Shown: positions 28,242 to 38,268, counted from the first letter of the stretch. The stretch is 64,000 bases of DNA from an uncultured Desulfatitalea sp. (GCA_963668675.2 CAXXMB010000002.1:896001-960000); one strand, 5' to 3'. A program made the numbers and translations. The notes: a model not told the origin generated them from the letters alone.

Positions 28242-29677
28242 AGATTACCACCGAACGGTTCAAACAAACGTCGCTCGAAGAGCTGGACAACATCCATACC
28301 CAGAAATTTCTGCAGATCCTGCCCCTGAGATTGTCCGCCCGGCGTAACGAAGCTTACGAGAGTTTTCCCGATCCGGCGGCGGCCCATGAATACGGTCACA
28401 GTATCCGCGACGAAGCGATCCAGCACCTGCCCGAACTGCTGGAGACGTTCGAAGCCAATGCCGTCGCCAATGGCGCCCAGGTCTTCTGGGCTGAAGACAG
28501 TCAGGCGGCCAACGACTATATCGTCCAGCTGGCCAGGCAAAAAGGGGTGAGCTACGTCACCAAAGGCAAATCGATGGTCACCGAGGAGCTGGGTCTCAAT
28601 GAGGCCTTGGCTCAGGCCGGTATCGATGCATGGGAGACCGACCTGGGAGAGTTCATCACCCAGCTGCTGCAGCGACCTCCGTTTCACATCGTCGGTCCGG
28701 CGCTGAACATCCCGGTCCAGCAGATCTGCGACATCTTCATGACGAAGGGGGTCATCGACTCGCCCACCGTCGATCCGGTGGCCTTGGGCATGGCCGCCCG
28801 CAGGTTTCTGCGTGACCGGTTCCGCGATCTTGAAATGGGCATCACCGGCGTCAACATGGCCGTGGCCGAAACCGGCACCGTGATCAATGTGGAGAACGAG
28901 GGCAACATCCGCCTCAACAAATCGAGCCCGCGCACCCTGGTCTGTGTGATGAGCCTGGAGAAGGTGGTCCCCACGCTCAACGACGCCATGCACATGCTGC
29001 GGGTGCTGTGCCGCAGCGCCACAGGTCAGTCGGCCAGTTCCTATATGTCGCTGGACAGCGGCCCCAAACGGCCGGATGAGATCGACGGGCCCGAGGAGAT
29101 GCACATCGTCATCCTGGACAACGGCCGCTCGGCCATGTACCAGGATCCCCAAACCCGGGAGGCGCTGCGCTGTATCCGCTGCGGCGCCTGTCTCAACAGC
29201 TGCCCGGTCTACGGCAAGGTCGGTGGTTACCCTTACGGATGGGCCTACTCCGGCCCCATGGGGCAGGTGCTCACGCCGGCCCTCCAGGGGCTGCAAGACA
29301 CCGGCGACCTGGTCCGGGCCTGCACGTTGTGCCACCGATGCAAGAACATCTGTCCGGCTGGCATCGACCACCCCAGCATTCTGCTCTACTATCGCGCCAA
29401 GGACGTCGCCGGCGACAAAACGCTGGGCGGCAGTGGCGGCCGATGGGGCGAACGCCTCGTCCATACGCTCTTCTCCATCGCCGGCAGCGACCAGCGACTG
29501 TGGCGGATCTTCTCCAGAATCGCCCGCCTGGCCGCAAACCGCAAACGGAAGGGGGATCGCATCCGCTCCATCCCCATCGGCGCCCGGGGTTGGTTCAGCA
29601 GCCGCAACCTGCCGGCGCTTCCCAGCAAACGGTTCCGTGACCGCTGGATAGACCAGGAGAAGAACAAGAGGAGATGA
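28238..29677 (+). CDS. lutB: LutB/LldF lactate utilisation Fe-S protein
   Basis: KGKSMVTEE, ETDLGE, ENEGN, LDNGRS, CIRCGACLNSCPVY, CTLCHRCKNICP. Confidence 0.92.
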   Translation: MKITTERFKQTSLEELDNIHTQKFLQILPLRLSARRNEAYESFPDPAAAHEYGHSIRDEAIQHLPELLETFEANAVANGAQVFWAEDSQAANDYIVQLARQKGVSYVTKGKSMVTEELGLNEALAQAGIDAWETDLGEFITQLLQRPPFHIVGPALNIPVQQICDIFMTKGVIDSPTVDPVALGMAARRFLRDRFRDLEMGITGVNMAVAETGTVINVENEGNIRLNKSSPRTLVCVMSLEKVVPTLNDAMHMLRVLCRSATGQSASSYMSLDSGPKRPDEIDGPEEMHIVILDNGRSAMYQDPQTREALRCIRCGACLNSCPVYGKVGGYPYGWAYSGPMGQVLTPALQGLQDTGDLVRACTLCHRCKNICPAGIDHPSILLYYRAKDVAGDKTLGGSGGRWGERLVHTLFSIAGSDQRLWRIFSRIARLAANRKRKGDRIRSIPIGARGWFSSRNLPALPSKRFRDRWIDQEKNKRR

Positions 29678-30348
29678 TCATGCCGGAGAGTGTACGCGAC
29701 GCCATACTGCAAAGACTTCAATGCGCCGAACGGGGAAGTACGATGCCCCGCCCCGATCTGCCTCCGCTGCGGGAACTCAGCCTGGACGCAAGCCGGCTCA
29801 AAGAGCAGTTCATGGCCCAGTTCGAACTCCAGGGCGGCATCGGATACCGGGTACCCGACCGTGAAGCTCTCTACGACCGGCTCGCCGAAATCTTCAAAGT
29901 TGAAGCCATCACGCGGGCAATGGCCGGCGACGACGCCGTTCTCTCAGCGTTGGAGATCGACCAGTGGGGAGATCGCAAAGGTGTGGAGATCGTCCATCCG
30001 TTCGGATACCCAGACCGGCGAGCATATACCCGTGCGGTCTTCGACGAGGTCCAGGCCGGCATCACCGGCGCCACTTTCGCCGTGGCCGAATCGGGCACGA
30101 TCATAACAGCCCATGATCGAACCCAGGCGCGCCTGATATCTCTGGCCCCGCTGATACATGTCGTCGTGGTCCCCGTGGCGCACATTATCGCCACCTATGA
30201 AATCGCCATGGAGACACTCTTTGCCGACGGCCGGCGCCCCTCCCAAGTGACCTTCATCACCGGTCCGAGCATGACGGCGGACATCCAGGCCACCATGTTC
30301 AAGGGAATGCACGGCCCTCAGAAAGTCTATGCGCTCGTGATGGGTTAA
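29674..30348 (+). CDS. lutC: LutC/LldG (LUD domain) protein
   Basis: AVAESGT, ITGPSMTADI, GMHGP; ATGA overlap with lutB. Confidence 0.9.
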   Translation: MIMPESVRDAILQRLQCAERGSTMPRPDLPPLRELSLDASRLKEQFMAQFELQGGIGYRVPDREALYDRLAEIFKVEAITRAMAGDDAVLSALEIDQWGDRKGVEIVHPFGYPDRRAYTRAVFDEVQAGITGATFAVAESGTIITAHDRTQARLISLAPLIHVVVVPVAHIIATYEIAMETLFADGRRPSQVTFITGPSMTADIQATMFKGMHGPQKVYALVMG

Positions 30349-30350
30349 TG

Positions 30351-30384
30351 CCGTTGGGGCAAGATGCATCGTGCCCCTACATCC
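30351..30384. repeat. GTAG-type REP palindrome, copy 1
   Basis: CCGTTGGGGCAAGATGCATCGTGCCCCTACATCC; 32/34 identical to 35686..35719. Confidence 0.75.
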
Positions 30385-30532
30385 CTTGCCGACGCAGAAT
30401 GCGGTGCTCCCCAACTTCTGCAGCGCCAAATGACAACCGTGTCCGAAAACGTCTTGCCAAGATCATCCATTCATTCCAAGATAGCGTCACCTTAAAGTTG
30501 TTCGAGTTCCATTTCGCCTAAAAGGATTTGCC

Positions 30533-31984
30533 ATGTTGGATCCCCTTACCTGCGAACGGGCCCGTCTGGCGCGCGACGCCAGGTTCGACGGCCTCTTCTT
30601 CACCGGCGTGCACAGTACCGGCGTCTTCTGCCGACCGGTCTGCCCGGCCCCGCAGCCCAAACGACGGAATGTGACCTACTTTCCCACCGCAGCGGCGGCT
30701 GTCAGTGCCGGTTTGCGCCCGTGCCGCAGATGCCGGCCCGAGGCCGCCCCGGGAACACCCGCCTGGAACGGCACATCGGCCACCGTCTCAAGGGCCATCC
30801 AGTTGATCCGCCATGGCGCTCTGGACAAAGGTGGCGTGGACGCTCTGGCAGCCCGCCTGGGGGTGGGCGCCCGCCATCTTCGTCGCCTGTTCAACCAGCA
30901 TGTGGGTGTGACACCCGTGGCCATGGCTAACTTGCAGCGGGTCTTCTTCGCCAGGCAACTCCTTGCCGAAACACGCTTCACCATCACCGAGATCGCTTCG
31001 GCCAGCGGATTTGGAAGCATCAGGCGCTTCAATGCTGCATTTAAAAGCATTTTCGACCACTCCCCAACGGCTTTTCGCCGCACCTTGCCCCATGGATCAT
31101 CCCCCGGCCCGGCTGCCGGCATCCGATGCACCCTGAGCCTGCCCTATCGGCCACCCTACCAGTGGGAGTGCCTGCTCGCATTCTTTCGGGATCGTGCCAT
31201 TGCCAATGTGGAGAAGGTCGATCGCCAATCCTACCGCCGCACCATACGCACCAAAGCGGTCCGGGGCTCCATGCGCGTCCGCCACGCCGATGCGGGACAC
31301 GCTCTCGTTCTGGAGATCGAGCTTTCGGATATCCGCGGATTGATACCCGTTGTAGAGCGCGTCCGCCGGATGTTCGACCTGGATGCGGATCGACAAGCCA
31401 TTGCCGACACACTGGTCCTGGACGAACAAATCAAACCAATCGTTGAGAGATTGCCAGGGTTGCCACTGGCCGGCAGCTGGGATCCTTTCGAAACCGCCGT
31501 CAGAGCCATTGTGGGCCAACAGATTTCGGTCAAAGCGGCCCGGACGGTATTAAGCCGCATCGTCGCCCGCTGCGAACCGCCTTCGGTCAAGAACAACGCT
31601 GACGAGCTAATCCGTTTTTTTCCCACTGCTGAAGCACTGTCTGCTGCAGAGTTGACAAATGTGGGGATGACCGGGAAAAGGGTCGCAACGCTGAAGTACT
31701 TTGCGCAAGGCGTCGCGGCCGGAGACATTCAACTGGCCATTGGCACTGAACGATCGGAATTTGTCCGGCGAATGGTCAGTCTCCCGGGCATCGGCCCCTG
31801 GACCGCCCAATACATCGCCATGCGGGCCCTGTCGGACCCCGATGCCTTTCCAGCCGGAGACCTGGGAATCGCCCAGGCACTCTCCTCTAACGGGAAACGG
31901 CCGACTTATAAGCAAATAGTGACACGGGCTGAAAATTGGCGCCCCTGGCGCGCCTACGCCGCCACCTATCTTTGGAATGCCTGA
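30533..31984 (+). CDS. alkA: Ada-AlkA fusion (Ada Zn domain, AraC HTH, 3-methyladenine glycosylase II)
   Basis: RDARFDG, FCRPVCPA, RPCRRCRPE, SGFGSIRRFN, LPGIGPWTA, WRPWRAYA. Confidence 0.93.
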   Translation: MLDPLTCERARLARDARFDGLFFTGVHSTGVFCRPVCPAPQPKRRNVTYFPTAAAAVSAGLRPCRRCRPEAAPGTPAWNGTSATVSRAIQLIRHGALDKGGVDALAARLGVGARHLRRLFNQHVGVTPVAMANLQRVFFARQLLAETRFTITEIASASGFGSIRRFNAAFKSIFDHSPTAFRRTLPHGSSPGPAAGIRCTLSLPYRPPYQWECLLAFFRDRAIANVEKVDRQSYRRTIRTKAVRGSMRVRHADAGHALVLEIELSDIRGLIPVVERVRRMFDLDADRQAIADTLVLDEQIKPIVERLPGLPLAGSWDPFETAVRAIVGQQISVKAARTVLSRIVARCEPPSVKNNADELIRFFPTAEALSAAELTNVGMTGKRVATLKYFAQGVAAGDIQLAIGTERSEFVRRMVSLPGIGPWTAQYIAMRALSDPDAFPAGDLGIAQALSSNGKRPTYKQIVTRAENWRPWRAYAATYLWNA

Positions 31985-31992
31985 AGGAGAAG

Positions 31993-32472
31993 ATGATGAT
32001 CTATGACTACTTTGATACCGGCCTCATCGGCGCCCTCACCCTGATCGCCGACGAGCAGGGGCTGCGTCATATCGACTTCGAAACCGAGAAGTACCCGGCC
32101 ACCATTCAACCGGACTGGGTGCGCGACCCTGGCTTTTTCGTCGAAGCAAAAGCACAACTAAAGGCTTACTTCAACGGCGAGCTTCAACAGTTCAACCTGC
32201 CCCTGGCACCGGAGGGCACACCCTTTCAAAAGCGTGTTTGGCAGACGCTGCGGACCATCCCCTACGGCACGGTGACCAGCTACCGATGGGTGGCCGAACA
32301 GATCGGCAACGCCAAAGCTGTCCGGGCCGTAGGCGGGGCCAATGGGAAGAACCCCCTGCCCGTGGTCATCCCCTGCCACCGGGTGATCGGCAGCAACGGC
32401 ACCCTGACCGGCTTCGGCGGTGGGCTGGACGTAAAGCAACGCCTGATCGATTTGGAGAAGAGTAGCAATTAG
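31993..32472 (+). CDS. ogt: Methylated-DNA-protein-cysteine methyltransferase
   Basis: GTPFQ, IPYG, RAVGGANGKNP, PCHRV active site. Confidence 0.95.
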   Translation: MMIYDYFDTGLIGALTLIADEQGLRHIDFETEKYPATIQPDWVRDPGFFVEAKAQLKAYFNGELQQFNLPLAPEGTPFQKRVWQTLRTIPYGTVTSYRWVAEQIGNAKAVRAVGGANGKNPLPVVIPCHRVIGSNGTLTGFGGGLDVKQRLIDLEKSSN

Positions 32473-32512
32473 ATCGATGATGCCGGATGCCGCCCAATAA
32501 GACCGCAACCGT

Positions 32513-34108
32513 CTACAACCCATATATATCCAAACTTCTCTTCTTCCCTTTGAGTTCGGTGGCAGGCAGTCTGCGCAGCGGAAACTCCCGGGATAGCCGT
32601 TGGAAAGTTTCAGCACTCACAATGACGCTGGTACCGTGCCGCTTGTTGGCATCCTGGAGTCGCGAAGCCGTATTGACCGTATCCCCGACCAGGGCATATG
32701 AAAGGCGGGAAGGACTGCCGATATTGGCCGCCACGACCTTGCCCGAATGGATGCCGATGCCGTGTTGAAGCGGTGGATGCCCCTGGTCGACAAAAATGCG
32801 GTTGACCCTCTCCAGACCACGATTCATCTCCACGGCCGCGGCCATTGCTTTGGTGGGATGATCGTCCAACGGCAGCGGCGCGCCGAATACCGCTTCGATT
32901 TCGTCGCCAATGAACTGCAAAATCAATCCGCCCTGGGAGAGGATAGCCCCCTCCATCTCCTTGAAATATCGATTGATGATACGCACCACCTGCTGGGGCG
33001 TCGTTCGCTCGACAAAGGGTGTAAAGTTCCGCAGATCTGCAAACAGCACGGAGACCTCCCGGGCCTCTCCATCCAATGGTATCCGGCGCGAAAGCACTTC
33101 ATCCCGAACCTCCCGGGATACATATTTTCCGAACGTCTCTTTGATAAACTCCCGCTCTTCCAACCCGCCGGCCATCTCATTTACGATATCACCCACGTAT
33201 CCCAACTCATCGTTGGTGGTGACCTGAACCCGCTGTTCAAAATGGCCCTCTTTGATGCGTTGAAGTACAGCGGTGATGGCCGCCAGGGGCCGCGTCATGT
33301 TGCCGCTGACCAGAATCGTCAGCCATACACCGACCCATGAGAAGATGACGGCATGGATCAGGATCATCTCTTGCACGCCCAGCAGCCCAAGAACTGCATC
33401 CGTCGTTGACTGGGGGATGGTCCAACTACTTCTGACAGTGACCCAAAGAGGAATCAGATTGGTTGCAGCTAAAAAGACAACCAGTCGCGTCCTGATACGA
33501 ATCCGTTTTGTGCCCGGAACGGTGGACATACCGCCATTGGGGAAAAAATAGGGAGCCAGCCGGCGTTGCAGAAACAGCTCCAGGACAAAGAAGGCGATTG
33601 TAACTGAAATGATACCGACTTGCAGGTTTCGCAAAAAGGCATCCAAAACAAACTTACGGCTCAACCCCAATTCCCAGAAGTAGACCGAGTAGGTGATTGC
33701 GGCACCAATCCAAACCATTGCATCTAATACGATCAAAAAGAACGGCTCGTTAAGCAGCCTCTGGTGAACCTTCCTGACTTGGTCTGCAGACGATGCCAAA
33801 CCGTCGCGTTCATTGTCTACATATCGACGGATGGGTCTCTCATAGATCAGTGTTACCACTGCGGGAATTGTGAAGCTGAGTGGGATAAAAATATAATTGA
33901 TCGTTGCATATATGGTGTTAGACAACACAGAGCTGAGCACGCCCGTTCGATTAAACAGGTATAAAGCAACCGCTACACCAACCAAATTTGCGATGAAATT
34001 GGCAATGAGCATCGTGTTTTTGAATCGAAACCAGAAAACTGAACTCTTTTTCAACGATCTTCTCCTGAGGGCATGACGACGGTTGACGAGCGGGTAGGCG
34101 TTTTTCAT
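32513..34108 (-). CDS. Membrane-bound HAMP class III nucleotidyl cyclase (start uncertain)
   Basis: About 6 TM helices; HAMP (NDELG); VLFADLRNFT, FIGDEI, GIGIHSG, GDTVNTASRLQ. Confidence 0.9.
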   Translation of the reverse strand: MKNAYPLVNRRHALRRRSLKKSSVFWFRFKNTMLIANFIANLVGVAVALYLFNRTGVLSSVLSNTIYATINYIFIPLSFTIPAVVTLIYERPIRRYVDNERDGLASSADQVRKVHQRLLNEPFFLIVLDAMVWIGAAITYSVYFWELGLSRKFVLDAFLRNLQVGIISVTIAFFVLELFLQRRLAPYFFPNGGMSTVPGTKRIRIRTRLVVFLAATNLIPLWVTVRSSWTIPQSTTDAVLGLLGVQEMILIHAVIFSWVGVWLTILVSGNMTRPLAAITAVLQRIKEGHFEQRVQVTTNDELGYVGDIVNEMAGGLEEREFIKETFGKYVSREVRDEVLSRRIPLDGEAREVSVLFADLRNFTPFVERTTPQQVVRIINRYFKEMEGAILSQGGLILQFIGDEIEAVFGAPLPLDDHPTKAMAAAVEMNRGLERVNRIFVDQGHPPLQHGIGIHSGKVVAANIGSPSRLSYALVGDTVNTASRLQDANKRHGTSVIVSAETFQRLSREFPLRRLPATELKGKKRSLDIYGL

Positions 34109-34179
34109 GTTAGTCAAAGGCTACCGCCTTGTCAAAAATAAAGGCATGAGAAAATGGGAGGACCGAGTCCGCCTTGGGC

Positions 34180-34214
34180 AAAAAAAAGGGCGGCCCACTT
34201 GGGCCGCCCTTTTT
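34180..34214 (-). terminator. Intrinsic terminator after SDR gene
   Basis: AAAAAAAAGGGCGGCCC-ACTT-GGGCCGCCCTTTTT. Confidence 0.85.
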
Positions 34215-34236
34215 GCAACGGTTTCGTTTTGCATGA

Positions 34237-35115
34237 TTATGTCAGAATGGCCCCTTCACGCGGCACGCTTGCCAGAGCCGGGCTGGCGTCGGCACGATCG
34301 AAGCCCTCGTTTACGGCCTTGACCCGCACCTCGTGAACCTCGCGCAAGTAGGGATGGGTGAAGATAAAAAACTCATCGTTCTGCAGGGCTTCAAGCACCC
34401 GGTTGGCGGCGATCTCCGTATCGATGCCGGTGACGACCAGATCCTTGCTGTAGGCCATGGCCGGCTTCTTTTTGACCTCATCTTCGAAATGGATGGGCCC
34501 GCCGTAACGCTCCTGACGATTGCGCATGCTGTCGTAAATGCGCGACTTGACGAATCCCGGACAGAGGACCGAAACGGTGATGCCGTCCTTTTTGAACTCG
34601 GTGCGCCAGGACTCGGAAAGGCTCACCACCGCCGCTTTTGTGGCGCAATAGGGCCCTGCGTAGGCAACACCGTGGATACCAGCGACGCTGGCCACGTTCA
34701 TGATGTGACCACCTTCTCCGTGGGACTTCATCAGGGGCACGAACACCTGGGCACCGTAGACGATGCTCATCAGATTGACATCGATGATCCAGCGCCAGTC
34801 GTTTTCGGGGATTCGTTTGTGGGCTCCGGTGACTGAGACCCCTGCGTTGCCCATTAGCAAGTGGACCTTGCCGAAGGTCTTGGTGGCCTGCTCGGCAACC
34901 CGTTCCCACTCATCCTTCAGGGCCACATCCAGGGCGACGCCTTCGACCGGAAGGCCTTCGCCTTTGAGTGTCCTGACAGCTTGATCCAACATTTGGGTGT
35001 CGATATCGGCAAGCATCACATTCATCCCCTGCTGGGCGAGCAGATGACCGACATGGTACCCGATGCCTTCGGCGCCGCCGGTAATAAAAGCGGTTTTACC
35101 TTTCAAATCTTTCAT
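34237..35115 (-). CDS. SDR family oxidoreductase
   Basis: TGGAEGIG, NAG, YCATK. Confidence 0.92.
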   Translation of the reverse strand: MKDLKGKTAFITGGAEGIGYHVGHLLAQQGMNVMLADIDTQMLDQAVRTLKGEGLPVEGVALDVALKDEWERVAEQATKTFGKVHLLMGNAGVSVTGAHKRIPENDWRWIIDVNLMSIVYGAQVFVPLMKSHGEGGHIMNVASVAGIHGVAYAGPYCATKAAVVSLSESWRTEFKKDGITVSVLCPGFVKSRIYDSMRNRQERYGGPIHFEDEVKKKPAMAYSKDLVVTGIDTEIAANRVLEALQNDEFFIFTHPYLREVHEVRVKAVNEGFDRADASPALASVPREGAILT

Positions 35116-35202
35116 AGAGATCTCCTGTTCATTCTCGATTGTAAAATAGATGTACGGCGGGAAGTGTTAATGGTGTCGGATAACAGCACCACCCAGCCCA
35201 TG

Positions 35203-35649
35203 TCAATCAACCCCGAATGCAAAGGCGGAGTGAAGTAAAGTGCGGGTTCGCTGGTTGACCCCCAACACACGCAACTCGTCAGCCGTCACCCAGCGGGCCG
35301 CCACGGCATCATCGCCGGGCCTCACTTCACCACTTTGATATTCAGCGGAAAAGTCTATGATAACATAGTGGAAGCGGATGCGACCTTGACTGTCACGGTC
35401 CACCACATCAAACGTGTAGACCGGCTTCTGAGCGGTGATGACGACACCGGTCTCTTCCATCACCTCCCGCTCGGCAGCCGCCTTGAGGGTCTCCCCCAGC
35501 TGGACGCTGCCGCCTGGAATGGCCCACTGCCCCATGCCCGGAGGCTTGCCGCGCATAACCAAAAGCACGCGGTTCTCTTTGAACACCACGGCACCGACAG
35601 CAATCCGAGGCACGTCCGGATATTCGGATGGGGGATGCGCTTTCCCCAT
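35203..35649 (-). CDS. NUDIX hydrolase
   Basis: Nudix box GGSVQLGETLKAAAEREVMEETG. Confidence 0.92.
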   Translation of the reverse strand: MGKAHPPSEYPDVPRIAVGAVVFKENRVLLVMRGKPPGMGQWAIPGGSVQLGETLKAAAEREVMEETGVVITAQKPVYTFDVVDRDSQGRIRFHYVIIDFSAEYQSGEVRPGDDAVAARWVTADELRVLGVNQRTRTLLHSAFAFGVD

Positions 35650-35685
35650 AGATCCCGGGGCTCCTTCTCCACATTAGGTACAAAA

Positions 35686-35719
35686 CCGTAGGGGCACGAT
35701 GCATCGTGCCCCTACATCC
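35686..35719. repeat. GTAG-type REP palindrome, copy 2
   Basis: GTAGGGGCACGATGCATCGTGCCCCTAC is a perfect 28-bp palindrome. Confidence 0.8.
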
Positions 35720-35775
35720 ACCGCCAAAACTCGATTTTGAGTCCACTTGCCCCTGAGGTTGCAGGAGTCGGAGGG

Positions 35776-36279
35776 CTACATGGGCCAGAAGTGATTATCT
35801 TCCCAGATTTCGGCCTTGATTTCACGATCCATTTTGGCAAGAAAGTTGAGATGACCGTGCTCCCATTCGGCCAGCCAACGATAAAGGGCTTTCTCATTGG
35901 GGTCCGATGTGCCCCGGGCGCGGTCGGCATAGAGCGAGATGGCTTGCTCCTCCATGAGCATGGCGGCCGAGATGGCCGCTGCTTCGAATCCGGCGGCGGC
36001 GATCTCCGCTTTGAGGCTGTCGGTCAACACGGCATCGACCACGGTCGTCTCTCCCAGCGCCTGGGCATCGACATCCGCAAATTGCTGATGTTCCGTGTAG
36101 GCTTTGAACTGCTGTTCTAAAATCGTCATGTGGCGCAACTCTTCATCCGCCATGGTCTTGAAAAACGACCGGACGGATTCACTCTGGGCCTGCCCGGCCA
36201 CCTTGTTGTAAAATGCGTTCCCGCGCCTTTCAAGCAACAGTGCCTCTTTCAGAATCTCCAACGGAAGTTGTGTTGACAT
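35776..36279 (-). CDS. Ferritin-like / rubrerythrin-domain protein
   Basis: E...FY...EELRH and EE...LY...EWEHGH di-iron motifs. Confidence 0.88.
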   Translation of the reverse strand: MSTQLPLEILKEALLLERRGNAFYNKVAGQAQSESVRSFFKTMADEELRHMTILEQQFKAYTEHQQFADVDAQALGETTVVDAVLTDSLKAEIAAAGFEAAAISAAMLMEEQAISLYADRARGTSDPNEKALYRWLAEWEHGHLNFLAKMDREIKAEIWEDNHFWPM

Positions 36280-36290
36280 TTCAATCTCCT

Positions 36291-36971
36291 TCAAAATAGA
36301 GGTCTCGGACGACCACCTTGCTGGCTGTAATAGGGAGCCGTCTGCTTTACGGCGTCAATGTATCGCGCCACCTTCTTCAGATCCTTGCGGCCGGGGCTGG
36401 CCTCCAATCCCGAACTGGCATCCACTGCATCGGGTAAAGCGGCCTGGATGGCCCGACCGACATTGTCCGGATCCAAACCGCCGGCCAGGACGGTGGGATA
36501 GGATTGGGCAAAATCGGCGGCCGAACCCCAATCCCATACCATGGCATTGCCGCCAGGCAAAGGACCTTTGCCGCATTCGACCAGATAGGCATCCGATTGA
36601 TAGTGCCCGGCATCCCCTATCCAAGGGGCCTTGGTTGCGAAAAGCCCCTTCCAGACAGCGACCTTTAGCTGCCGCCGAACGCGCAAAACAAAATCGGGAG
36701 ACTCGTTGCCATGCAGTTGCACGATGCCGAGCCGGCAACGATCCACCGCCTGTTCCAGCAGATCCCAATCGGGATCGACAAAAACCCCTGCGGATATTAC
36801 ATGGGATGGCAACGCCGCCGCAACTTCAGCGGATAGGTCCATCTCCACATGCCGTGGACTGGGGGGGAAAAAGACCAATCCAATGGCGTCAGCCCCCAAC
36901 CGGGCACATGCCGCCGCCTCTTGGGGATCGGTCAACCCGCATATTTTTATAAAAGGGACAGCTCTATCCAT
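36291..36971 (-). CDS. trpF: Phosphoribosylanthranilate isomerase
   Basis: IKICGLT, SPR, VQLHGNES, LAGGL, VDASSGLE. Confidence 0.95.
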   Translation of the reverse strand: MDRAVPFIKICGLTDPQEAAACARLGADAIGLVFFPPSPRHVEMDLSAEVAAALPSHVISAGVFVDPDWDLLEQAVDRCRLGIVQLHGNESPDFVLRVRRQLKVAVWKGLFATKAPWIGDAGHYQSDAYLVECGKGPLPGGNAMVWDWGSAADFAQSYPTVLAGGLDPDNVGRAIQAALPDAVDASSGLEASPGRKDLKKVARYIDAVKQTAPYYSQQGGRPRPLF

Positions 36972-37761
36972 AGACTCGACCAATGAGCGACCTGAGAAAA
37001 GCGGTGCGATCCTCTGCCCTCACCAGGCTCTCTCCGATCAGAAAATTAAAAATGCCGCTTTCGAGATTGCGCTTCACATCTTCCCTACCACTGATGCCGC
37101 TGGCCGCCACCGGCACCTCTCCCGGTTGAATCAATGCCTGCAGCCCCATGGCGGTCTGCAGGTCAGTATCGAATGTGGCCAGATTTCGATTGTTGATACC
37201 GATCAATCGGCTGCCGGCTTCGTGGGCTGCGGCGTAATCTTCCACGCTGTGGATCTCTACCAGCGCCCCCATCCCCAACTCCCGGGTGAGCGCCAGCAAC
37301 TCATCGAGCTGGGCCGGTGAAAGGATACGAACGATAAGCAGCACGGCATCCGCCCCTGCCGCCCGTGATTCGTAAAGCTGGTATGGGGCAATAATGAACT
37401 CTTTGCGCAAAACCGGCAGGTCGACAGCACTTCTCACCTGGCGAAGATCTTCCAGGCGACCCTTAAAATAGGGCGTGTCTGTCAACACTGAAATCGCCGC
37501 AGCGCCACCCGTCTCGTACTGCCGGGCGCATTGGGCCGCGTCCAGATCCTTGCAGATATCGCCTTTGGAAGGCGAAGCGCGTTTGACTTCGGCGATAATA
37601 TTGGCGCCGCCGGGACCAGGATTGGAGAGACGCTCTTCAAAACCTCGCGGCGTCCACTCCATATCGGCAATGCGCGCCCGCAGTTCATCTTCGGACACTC
37701 GCCTCTCGGCTTGAACAATCTCTTCCTTCTTATCTTCTACGATACGATCGAGTATGGTCAT
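36964..37761 (-). CDS. trpC: Indole-3-glycerol phosphate synthase
   Basis: IIAEVKRASPSKG, AISVLTD, GADAVLLI, GINNRNL, LIGESL. Confidence 0.95.
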   Translation of the reverse strand: MTILDRIVEDKKEEIVQAERRVSEDELRARIADMEWTPRGFEERLSNPGPGGANIIAEVKRASPSKGDICKDLDAAQCARQYETGGAAAISVLTDTPYFKGRLEDLRQVRSAVDLPVLRKEFIIAPYQLYESRAAGADAVLLIVRILSPAQLDELLALTRELGMGALVEIHSVEDYAAAHEAGSRLIGINNRNLATFDTDLQTAMGLQALIQPGEVPVAASGISGREDVKRNLESGIFNFLIGESLVRAEDRTAFLRSLIGRVYG

Positions 37762-37807
37762 CTTAATTCACTATATTGTGAGGATATTATCCGGGCAGTT
37801 AAAAGAA

Positions 37808-37907
37808 AATCCCCCTGAATCCCCCTTTGGAAAAGGGGGACGTTTCGAATCAGACCTCTTTCCGTTAAGCTCCCCCCTTTTTCAAAGGGGGGGGCCGGGG
37901 GGGGATT
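37808..37907. repeat. REPIN-like unit: palindrome A - 30-bp spacer - inverted A' (left copy)
   Basis: AATCCCCCTGAATCCCCCTTTGGAAAAGGGGGA + CGTTTCGAATCAGACCTCTTTCCGTTAAGC + TCCCCCCTTTTTCAAAGGGGGGGGCCGGGGGGGGATT. Confidence 0.92.
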
Positions 37908-38268
37908 CCGCCAGCTTTGCAGCAACAGTATCATAGATCAACCTAACCACCGCCTCTGTCTCCAGCAGCACCTGCCGATTATCGAACCTTAACACATCCA
38001 ACTCCATTTGGTTCAGGTATCTATCTCTTGCACTATCTTTCTCAATTCCACGCTGTTGGAAATGCTGCCCGCCGTCTACTTCGATCACCAGTCTTACCTT
38101 GGCAGCATAAAAATCAACAATGTATGGTCCAAGAGGCCTTTGACGGTAGAACTGAACACCTAAAATTTGCTTCCCCCTCAAACAAGACCACAAGCGACGC
38201 TCGCTGTCGGTCATATTCTTTCGCAAACGGCGTGCTTTTTGTTTGAGATGTGGTTGATAGGTAATCAA
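37882..38268 (-). CDS. DUF559 (Vsr/very-short-patch-repair-like PD-(D/E)xK) endonuclease
   Basis: ARRLRKNMTDSERRLW, FYRQ, YIVDFY, LVIEVDGGQH, DSARD, VLRFDN; probable TTG start at 38268. Confidence 0.92.
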   Translation of the reverse strand: MITYQPHLKQKARRLRKNMTDSERRLWSCLRGKQILGVQFYRQRPLGPYIVDFYAAKVRLVIEVDGGQHFQQRGIEKDSARDRYLNQMELDVLRFDNRQVLLETEAVVRLIYDTVAAKLAESPPGPPL

